DNA of 50,773 nucleotides, filler included, from Catajapyx aquilonaris (lineage: Eukaryota): assembly GCA_000934665.2 (NCBI GenBank). It is 3 parts of 3 records of this genome, joined end to end, with 100 filler letters (N's around TTAATTAATTAA, not from the genome) between each part and the next. Parts side by side here need not be neighbours in the genome. Positions count along the whole stretch, not along the records: positions 1 to 22,093 come from JYFJ02007858.1; 2 more parts are not named here. One strand, given 5' to 3'. Below, in pieces: positions 1-10,900 of this stretch. Below the pieces are notes generated by a model that was not told the DNA's origin, made no database searches, and saw only the letters and a list, made by a program, of their open reading frames with translations. Every line of letters starts with the position of its first letter. The first letter of the stretch is position 1. A program made the translations under genes and the position numbers.

Positions 1-1805
1 TTTTTTCGACCATATACGAATCCGCTTGAAGAAAAAAAAAAAACTGAATATTTTCGTGGAGGAACGTCACGTTCGATCGTGTTCGCCTTTGCTTGGCCTG
101 AAGCTGATCAAGCTAGAATCGCTTGGGGAAACCAACATCCACAACTTGAGGATTTTTTTTTTCTTGGATTATTTGGAATGGATAGGGAGGCGGATAGGGA
201 GTCAGATTGCTCTTGACCTCAGTCTTCATCAGGTTTCTGGGGAAGTTTAACGTGGATATTTTGCCGTTTCAAGAGTGGAGCACTGGGAGTGTTATTGTAA
301 GCCTAATAAATACGGATGTTTATGATTTAGCAGAGTTTATTTAATTTTTGCACTTTCCCCCCCATATCCGCGGGAGGATCCAACCCTACGCGGATACGGA
401 GGGAATGCGCTGTTTTGGGTCCAGTGCTGTTCATTACTTTGAGCACACGAAAAAAATAGAATGGTATGGAGCGGGCAGGGCTAGAAATGGACCGTAACGA
501 ACCGGATCGGGCGTTCCGGTTGGTATGAAAATGCGATTTAATCCGTCCTGGTAGATCCTGAGTAAAATCAGGCGTTCCCCGAACAATAATTATTAATATC
601 TTCCTAACCATTTGGAGCGTGGCCGGCCTTTAATTTCCACATTTGGTATGAAATTACAAAATCCCCCGCGCGAATTAGCATGCCCGATTTCATTCTGTGG
701 GAAGGGGAGAGAGAGAGAGAGAGNNNNNGGGGGAGAGTTATTTACGGATAACAAGTGCAATAGCAGCTTTTGGAGAATCCGGAAATTCGGGGGGAGGGGG
801 GGGGTGGAGTTAATCCCGGCACATTTACTTGCGGTCATGCCGGATGTAAATCGTGAGTGTTTTAATTTGTGAAAATATTTTTGTGGAAAATTTTTATTTT
901 TTAATTGGCGAAAAATATTTTTATTTGTGAAAAATATTTTTATATTTGTGAAAAATATTTTTTTATTTGTGAACATTTTTAAAAAAATTAACAATTTTAA
1001 GCATTTGTAAATTTTGGTTGGTTTGGGTATGATGGTGACCTTGACGGTATAAGTATACCATAGCCCAGAGTGTGACGTAATACTTGACCCCAGGAAGTGG
1101 TGTTTTATTTCAGATTCGTCTCCGGAATTCCTCCGTTTCCCCAAGGGGGCTCTCTCCCTGGCTTGCAATAAAACCTGGCATACTGTGTTATGGGCCTGCT
1201 GTACAGTATAAAAGAGAGCTGTACGGACCTGTAAACTACCGGGAAATTAACTATAAAAAAGTGACGCGCGTGTTTTTTTCTCCCCCCTCTGGTTGCAGAA
1301 GTAATGAGCGGCACCTGACGTGTATGACCAGCAATTGGATTATTTTGAGGGGGGGCTAAGTGGGTGACGAGGTGTGTCACATGTTTGCCTGGAAAATCCC
1401 CTCGCATCACTGTACACAGCCTGTATATATCCAGTGTGGAGGTTTACATATAGGCAGAGAGTGCTTTATACGATATGCTCATGTATATTAGGGTATGGAT
1501 ATCAAATTTGATTTTCTGATTATACAGTGTGTTCCAATAATTTTAGCCGCCAATCTCCTGGGTTATGTAAAATAAAGAATGCTTTATTTTTTAATCAGCT
1601 AATATTTTAAGCAGCTTAGTGGCTCCAATTGAAACCCCTTTTAAAATCAGCAAATCAAATAATTCAACCCCCTTGCCATATATCTCTGATGGTCATCCCA
1701 GGTGAGATGACCGTTTGACCCCTGAGGTTATGGCAAGTGGAGCTTGGGAAATGGGCCACATCCAGTAGCAGAGCTGACCTGAAATGAATCCGATCTTGAT
1801 TGCAG

Positions 1806-1924
1806 GCTCTTCAAGATGCGCCTCCAAAGCGATTCGTTAGTCTTCGCCGACGATGTCATCTTCGAGAGTTCCCGAGGACCAATTGCCTTTGATACCTCCA
1901 AAGTGTACGTGGGAAGTTTAGAAG
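1806..1924 (+). CDS. ADAM10: ADAM10/Kul exon, prodomain ([39 protein letters not shown])
   Basis: tgcAG acceptor and G|GTAGGC donor. Resembles the ADAM10 prodomain (F.LRM..D.S.F...DTS..Y.G). Phase joins the 6972 exon. Confidence 0.85.
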
Positions 1925-4900
1925 GTAGGCCATCAGTGGAAGGAAAAGGAGCGGGGGCGGTTGGAGGAGGGAGGAAAAGGGGGGGAGCAGGAGGCGGTTA
2001 TCACCCGCCACCACTCCCTTCCTATATCCCATCAGGTGTAATTAGTTTGAGAGACGGAGAAGATTAGAGGGTAGTTTTTTTTGGCAAATGTTGTCCCCGT
2101 AGCTCAGTGGCAGAGCATGCTTTACCTTAGTGTGGGCGTGGCCCCGGGTTCGATTCCCGGCGGGGACTTCGACTGTGTGTGGCCCTCTGGTTTGTGTGTC
2201 TTTGTTTGCAATTTTTGGCACGGTTATTACTTACATATCCATATATACCATAGTGTCTGTGGATGAACAGATGCCATATTGAAGTTTTATTTTGAGTTCC
2301 ATCAGAAGGTAAGTACTGTATGACCACGCCAACATGTTAATTGCATTTTAGGAACATCGTGTTACAGTATTTTGAAATCGGCCATGTTTTGAAAACTACA
2401 AAGTAGCCTACAACTTATATACAGTTGAATCCGAATATAACAGACTTCAAGAGACCGCGGAAATCAGTATGTTATAACTTATAACCAATGTCTGTTATAG
2501 CCAAATATGGAAGTATGGAGGGACCGGCCTTTCGAGTCTGTTACATCCGAACTCAACTGTAATATAGAAAAAAATTGCCAGGAGCTACAAAAAAAACCGT
2601 CATGGCTAACAGGTTGGAAAAGGATCGTGTCACATTCTAAAGTAACTATTAATTAAACATTTTTGGAATGGTTTTATAATAGATTAAAATCGAGTTTCCA
2701 CCCTCTGGATTTTTTCGTGTCTTTGACATGCCTTTCTCATATACGTTTGATGCCAGCAGTTTAAGCCAAATTAAAATTTTACCGGACATGGCTCCTCTCT
2801 TACTCACACGTTTCCGCGAAAGTTTCAGGAATCACATTATAAATTTTCGTCCCCTGGAATATCTAAACCGTATGAGAAAGCTGTCGGGAGAATAGGCGGG
2901 CACATTTCGCACGCTTTGGGAAAGTCACCCTCAGCTAACATGCTTTTTAAAAAATTCAAAAAAACGGTACATTTTTTGAAGGGGGTAACCACGTACCTAA
3001 CGTTTCGTAACGCATGCAAAAAATTATCGTTCCCGTCGCGTCGCCCGCAATCACAATGTCATTATCGTAGACCATTGTTGGATGAGCGAAAAGGGGTGGG
3101 CTGGGGGCGATAATAAAATAATGCAGATTGTTTAAAAAAATCGCGAGTGCTGGAGACAATATGCATATATCAGTTCTTTTTCGGCGGCATACCGTAACGA
3201 AATAGGCAGTTTGATTTCATTGTGTGTGTATATAGTGGAGCGCAATGCCTATCGATTGTTGCAAGATGGTGATGGAATTACCGGGTGCGAAATTATTCAA
3301 GAGCGGTCTTGAAAGCTTGGTGTGATATACGTTGGGGATAACTATTTAAATTTGCGAGTGTTTTAGGTGTCATTTTGACTGTATAGTCTAGGGGCGTTTT
3401 GACAGGCGACGGTTTTGCGCTTGTATGCTTCAGGCATTTTGAGTGCAGGCACAAAAACGGTGATGTCCGAGTTCAACACCCGGCCTAGGTAGCCCGCGGC
3501 CCCTAGGCCATAGCCCCCCCCACCTGCTGATCCGTAACTATATTCATGGAAGAGTGTGATGAGAAGTTCTGATAGATAGTTCGTGTCTGCCGGATAGAAC
3601 GATCTAACGTGTGATTTGTGTCATAAGTGCTTATAAGCTCATATGGCGGGTCATGTGCAGTGTCGTCAATAAATTAGGCGCGAGTATGTGAGACTATAGG
3701 GGTTATAGTCCGGGTTATGCTTTGTAATATATTCATTGGGCGGACGTGTGGACAAAGACCTGAATTGTGCGACGGTCACTCACATTTTGGTCGAAAGTGA
3801 GACAATGCTTATTATAATACTGATAGTATACTCGATGTGTTTCTGCTAGAGAGTTACAACTTTATATGAAAATTGTTTCTAAATAAATTTGCATACCGTA
3901 CCTATCGTGATTATTCTGCACAATCTAAATTATGTGATGTCATATGGGCAGAATTGTGACTATATGTGGCTTACCGTTGCGTTGTATGGATTCTACTGAA
4001 AAGAGCGAGGTACCGGTACTTGACGACATGACTATGCCGTTACGGCGGCGTTTTAGTGTGTCCGGTAATAAGTTGGAATGTACTTTTTTTGTGCGTTTCA
4101 GACCGTTTGTAACCTTAAACCAATAATCAACTTACGTGAAGAGCCTGTTGCAGTCAAGCCTCTTTTCAATTATGCTGTCATTGCTGCATGCATCATTGAC
4201 TATAATATTAGGAGAGTTACTGAGAATTTCAAGTATACATTCAACCACCTGTCGAATCTGTATATCGAGCGGCATAAAATACTGTACATTATATCCTCTC
4301 TTCTCTCTTCAATAATTATCATGGGATGACTGAACTATACAGGCAGTAATAAATTTTTAAATGATATTATTTATTAAGCATATGCTATTAATCGATTATA
4401 TGCAGTTGGCAGTACATGTAGTAGTACCACAGGCTAGTATGAATTAGATCAGCGTGTAAATCCGGAACACTTGAGTTCCCCATATCGGGCAAGGAAATGC
4501 AGAAGTGTTACAAGCGATCGGGCGGCAGTTAATGAAGCGCATGACATGAAAGAAAGGTTAATGAAGGAAAGGTCACGCTCCTTTCTTTGTTATTCAAGGG
4601 GCGCAACCTGGATAGCGTGTCACACCAAAATATATGTCTTGACATTACCCAATCTCTGATTCGTGCGCTCTAATTCATATCCCGGTGGGAACATACTGGA
4701 CATGTGGGTTGGAACTACAGTACACGTACAAAGACCTTCGTTTCTTCTCGAAACCATTTTTCCCGTCCCGTAGGGGAACTGACTTGTCTGGGTTCACACG
4801 GATGTCGTTGCTGTTGGAATCCGCCAGCTTGAGTCAGGTGGATCCGAACATCAACGGACGAGTGACAACGAAGCCCGTGTAAACCCAGTTGATTTGGAGA

Positions 4901-7900
4901 GGGACGTCATGATTGTTTATAGTGCTAAAATCGTGGGGAAATTCACTAACAAGATCTCGATCGACTTTTCCGGGCACAGATCCGCTTATGTATGCTGTAA
5001 GCGGAGGCAGATTTTTTTCTTTTAGAATGAAGAATGAGCGAATTACTGTTGGATAGTGGGTCATGAAGTGCTGATGTCCTAGATAAGTCTTTGGAACCAT
5101 CACATCAACTTCCGAATGTGCAATGAGCATTGTGTCCATTTCCAATGGTTCAGTTTGGCATTGGGATATCTCCTACTTTTAAAGCACCTTCACCTCGTTT
5201 GAATGGTGCATGCGACAACCTCCTTCACACTACGTACAACAACAAATGTTTCTCATGGGGATGCTGTCACGCAATATCAAGTCGTGTGAGTATACACACT
5301 GATCGTACGTTTTGCCTTGAGTACACTCACATTGTTTCATTTTTCGCGCGCTGTATCATATTCTGTTATTTCAGAGAACTAATTCCTCACACACCAACGT
5401 GGAATCGACAGCTGTCAAATACAGCATTCGATTATAGTTCAGTTTATAATTAAACCGTTGTCCTTGACTTTATTAGCATAATGACAAGCCTGACAGCAGG
5501 TTCGCAAAATACCAGCACATTATAGAACACCTACAACTATTAGCTTGTAGAATCATACTCTGAGGCGAGAACCCCCCCAAGAAAATCGAAGGAGCTGACA
5601 CATCAAACCAGGTTGTTTTCAGGCTCATTGCAAGGAAACCGTCACGTCAGCTCTCAATCATGTGGGAAGTCTATCGGGGAAGAGGCCAAGCAGAGATAGA
5701 CTCTAGCTAAGGCAGAGTCTGGGGTGCATTTTAAGTCATTTTAAGAGATTCTATGGTCACATCACACTACCAGATCAGGATGAGAATGTCCTGCTTCCAG
5801 GACAGGATTTGGGCTATATCCCGCCTACACGTCAGGGGTAATTGCAAGTTGTCGAGTTTTATGTCCAGCCTACATGGCGATAGGGTCAACCGTTGGTTGG
5901 ACAGTACAAACAACCCATAATATTCCCAAAGTTCAAGAGGTGCAGATCGATGCAGTACCCGCATGTTATGTCATCCCACATGGCCACATACACCAGCTAA
6001 TGAAGGCGGATTAATATCACCGCCTCTCTACCCTAAGGGTCTTTTTATTAGTATTGGAACTGGTTTTTTTAAAAATTCGGAAATGTAAGTGGGTAATGAG
6101 CGGAATATATGCAGAATTCTCGATTTTGAGTTGTGTATGCCCAGAAGCTGAGAGATGACAGCATTTCTGTTGTACACTAGATGTACACTCATGTAAATCT
6201 GGATCCACATATTTTACGATTTAATATTGATATTAAAAATCCTAGGCTTCAGTAATTACCGAAAATTACCAGGTGTTCCACAATTTTTTGACACATTGCA
6301 ATCTCGTTGATTATTGAACCCTCTTAAAAGTCTTTTAATGACAGAACAGTTAGGCTTCCCTCCATGTAATTGACTTGATCACATTTTCAGTGACGTGGGG
6401 GATGAATTGAATATTCTGGACGTTGCCAGGCAGGGAAGAGGGATTGTGGAAAGGGCTCTTTGTGAGGAATCGTGGAAGCGTCAGGAGCAAATGGAAGTAG
6501 GCGTAGAATGGCGAATTTGTTTTCCTTAGTAGGGTTTTGGAGTGGGCGAAAGTCGTTGTCGTAAGTCCCACGCATATATTTTTTTTCTTCCCTGCATTGC
6601 CGTTATTCTGACCTGGATTGGAACCCGGATGAGGAATTTGAATATGGTTCACCACCCGAAAAAAAAGGATGAAAGAAAACACAACTGAGCATGTGACACT
6701 TTCTTACATATGAATTGTGCTCAGCCTTCAAATAATAACCTACTGATGTGACAATGGGCAACAATGACTGTAACTAACGATTAAAGATATGCGACATCAC
6801 TAACTTGTAAGTTAAAGGCTGAACACATCGTGTGTACAGTGCGCAAAGACAAAGCAGCTGCTACACCTATGTGGGGTAGTAAAATACATAGCCTACCGTC
6901 AAGAGCTAATAACAGTTATTAGCTCTTGATACCATATGAACTATGGCTCATACTCTCTCTTTATGTTTCAGATGATGACCAGTCCTCCATAAGTGGTACA
7001 GTCACGTCATCCGGACACTTTGATGGGATTGTTTCCACAGTTTCAGAACAATACTTCATAGAACCTGCTCAATACTATTTTGAAACGCCCCAGGACTTCC
7101 ATTCCCTTATTTACAAAGCCTCGGATGTTACCCATCCTAGTTGTGATCAACCGTGTTCATCTCATGAGTTACATTTGCGCCGCTTGGAAGAGAAGAAGCA
7201 GTGGATTGAAGGAGTGAGAAACCATATGGCTGAAAGGAATATTTATGCACACAACACTTCCCAGAAAAAGCATTCATCCAGATTTAGTGGTGGAGCTTGG
7301 AAATCAGGTGCATAGTGATATTTGCTTATCATTGGAGTCATCCATGTTTTGCATATACAGGCCAATACATACATATTGTCAGCATACATGAGAAATTTAC
7401 TAAGTCCAATTTTGGCACAGTCTTTGAGTTATTTACACCACTAAATATCATTTTTAAATGCTCTATCGCCTGGTGCAGTCCATTTAGTCCTAAAGATTCA
7501 TGGTGAGCTAGCAAGCCAGGATTTTATCTATTCACTAGCATGTAAGCAAGTGCAAGGCCAAATCTTTGCTTCCAATCATCTCGAAACAATTTCTTTTGGA
7601 CTTGGCGAATTTCACCTGTATGCCCACAATATGTACATACCATATTACTGTGCAAATACCAGCATGCCAATAAAATTGGAGGTGACCAGATTTTAGACAG
7701 TGTATACATCTGGTGGCTACACCAGCATGTTTCATGTGAAGTGTACATAGCAGTTATCTGTTTTCACAGTGATAAAAACTTGTTATGTAAGGGAAAAAAA
7801 TTCATAACTGCTACGGACACTTTAATAGGAGCACACTGTATGCAGTAGGCATATACAGGGTGAAGGGAAACTCGCGGACAATTGCCAGGTAAACTTGTAG

Positions 7901-10900
7901 TACTTGCAACACTAATCTAGGGATGTGCAATTAGTTTTTGGCTCCGTCATGTAGTTAATGCGCATGGCGCCCAGTGTAGAGGGCTGGATGGTGAAATATG
8001 AGGCAAAAAGGGCAAATTGCATGGGCATCGTACCCGGATTCTTACTCTATTTACTTCTATTTGATCGCCTTTCGCACATGGACAATGTGTTAGGGGACCA
8101 AGGCAAGGGACCAGAGGCCCTCAAACTGACTTTTGCTTCGTGGCAGCTGGTGGAACGAACGTGACGTCATGAAACTTTGACAGCGGCATACACATTAACT
8201 ATGCAACAGAGCCCAAAACTAATTGCACATCCCTATCTTAGTTTTACTAGCACTATCACTAATTCTACCAGTCTACCAGGTGATTGTCCGCGAGTTTCCC
8301 TTCACCATGTATATACAGGCTGTTCCAAGTATCAGGATCACCTTTAGTAATTGCCAAACAAACTGGTCGTGCCATGTTCTTTGAAAATGTTTCTCACATT
8401 ATCGTGACAAAAGGAATTTTAAATTACTAATCCAGTGAATGTTTTATGAAGCACATTGCTTTCTCTTTTGTAATACAAGGATGGACTCTTAGTATGCAGT
8501 ATTTTCAAGTGTGTGCTGTCTGTGTGTGTGTGTTCCTCTACTCAAGTTGACAATGCTGCCAGTTTGTGTTGGGAGAGTTGATGGATTAGCCACTCCTAGG
8601 CCACATTCGAACTCCATTCCACTCTTGGCCTTTACCTAAGGTGCATGCTGTGAACCTTAAGTATTATTAGGTCTTATTGCAACCTGAGAATGGTAGTGAT
8701 GTCACAAGCGTTTTGTTGTTAGCATGGTTGTTAGTTTCAATTGTTCATATTGCTGACAGTCATTGTTGCTCATTGTGACATCAGTACTAAGCTATTGGTT
8801 GCATCAATAACATAACAAGTATGACTAATCTATCAACTCTCCCAAACACCAACTTGCAGCATCATCAACTTGGGCAAAGGAACATCCTGTACAATGCCTA
8901 ATAATAATAATCTTAATTTAGGGACTCTTCAAGATGACAGAGGTGCAAAGACAGCACCCTCTCAAGAAACAAATAATTTGAAGGAGCACACTGCATGTCG
9001 GAATTTATCTTGCTCAGACTCATATGTGGCGCACAAAAGAAGATGGACTGCAAATATAGATCAAGATGATGGATCAGTGCTGCACCGGCAAAGGCGAGCA
9101 GCAGTTGATCCTCGCAAGACAACCTGCATGCTTTATCTACAAGCAGACCATCTTTTTTATGAAAAGTTTGGCAGTGAAGAAGCCTGTATAGAAGTGATCA
9201 CAAGACATGTGCAGCGTGTGAACAGTATTTACAAAGTTACAGGTGAAGTGGTATGATGTAATATTTATTTCTCGAACTTATTCAGATATTTTTGAAATCT
9301 AGATTTTGACCAGGATAGCAAAGCTGATAATATTAGTTTTATGATCAAGCGAATCAAGGTGCACACGTCAGAGGCTGTGAATGATCACAACTATAGATTT
9401 CCTGGGAACTATGGAGTGGAAAAATTTTTAGAACTGTTTTCAGGTGCGTTTTTAAAATGTGAAAAGCTGTGGGTTATTACTGCATCTGGTGGTAGTTCAT
9501 TCTTGATTTTTAACTATGTTATATTTGCAGAGGAAGACTATGATGCTTTCTGCCTTGCTTACATGTTCACATACCGTGACTTTGAAGGTGGAACGTTGGG
9601 CCTGGCGTGGACTGGTGATTTGAAAAATGCTGGTGGTGTCTGTGAAAAAAATGGGGTATGAAGTGTTATTGTGTGTAATTACATAGTTGTAGAGATGACA
9701 ATTGTTTAACAATTTCTTAACTCCAGCATTACAGAGGCAGTCTTAAAAGTCTCAACACCGGGATTGTGACCCTGTTGAATTATGGAAAACATGTGCCTCC
9801 TGCAGTATCCCACGTGACATTAGCACATGAAATTGGCCATAACTTCGGTTCTCCAGTAAGGGCCTGCCTTTGCTATTCAATATGCAGGAAACTCCTGCAT
9901 TTTATTGTTTTTAATATGAGAACTGGTATTATCATTACTAACACACTGATAAAATAACTTGATGTTAACAAAATTAAATAAATTCAAACAAATATTATAG
10001 CACGATCCAGAGCACAACAAAATCTGCACTCCTGGAGGTGATGATGGGAATTACATTATGTTTGCACGTGCAACTTCAGGCGACAAAAGGAACAACAACA
10101 AGTTTTCTCCATGCAGCCTAAATAGCATTAGTCCTGTGCTGAATGCAAAAGCAAGAGATTCGAAAGGATGTTTTACAGGTAATTGATATGTTAATAGTGA
10201 TAGAGTAACATGATGACTTATGCCTTGATCATAATTTCCAGAACCTAAGGCAGCAATTTGTGGGAATGGTGTTGTGGAAGTTGGAGAAGAATGTGATTGT
10301 GGCTGGGAGGAAGATTGCAAAGAGGAATGTTGCTTTCCAATGCGCACTCACTTGCCGTCCAATGAACAACCTTGCCGCCTTCGCTCTGGCAAGACATGCA
10401 GTCCATCTCAGGTTAGTAGGATAATGTGCAAAATGTATCCTACACAGATGTGTATCACAAACTATAACACAATCCATTATGAAATAGCATTTGGGGGTTT
10501 GCTTATTCCAGTGTTGTTATTTTCAGGGCCCCTGTTGTACTCATGATTGTGACTTAAAGTTTGGCGACAAATGTCGTGACGACAATGGCTGTCGTGATGC
10601 CAGTTATTGCAATGGAAGAGGGCCACAGTGTCCGCCTTCCACCAATAAACCCAATAAAACAATATGCAATGAGGAGTTTGTGTGCTTTATGGGTGTAAGT
10701 ATACATCAATTGAATAGGTTACTGTGTGATGCATGGTGACACAATGATGTTAGCACTGCAGCCTTCCATCTATAAGGTTCAGAGTTCAATGCCTAGGTTG
10801 GATGGAGAATTTTCTTACTTGGAAAGAGTTTCATGAAAAGGTAGCAATGTTGGCACATTGATTGCCACCCCAAGGCAAAACATTGTAGCTTTTCATTTAT

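Noticed and set aside
593..1168. 191-aa minus-strand ORF
   Set aside because: It runs through an AT-rich ~20-bp tandem repeat, a GA tract and Ns inside a Kul intron, with no domain.
2117..2142. Ochre-suppressor (TTA anticodon) tRNA
   Set aside because: The loop and stem geometry is not canonical (no 5-bp stem with 7-nt loop and U33), so no anticodon can be assigned.
8860..8921. Alternative Kul acceptor at 8859 (ttgcAG)
   Set aside because: It needs phase 2, but the upstream donor at 7307 is phase 1. The acceptor at 8921 fits.
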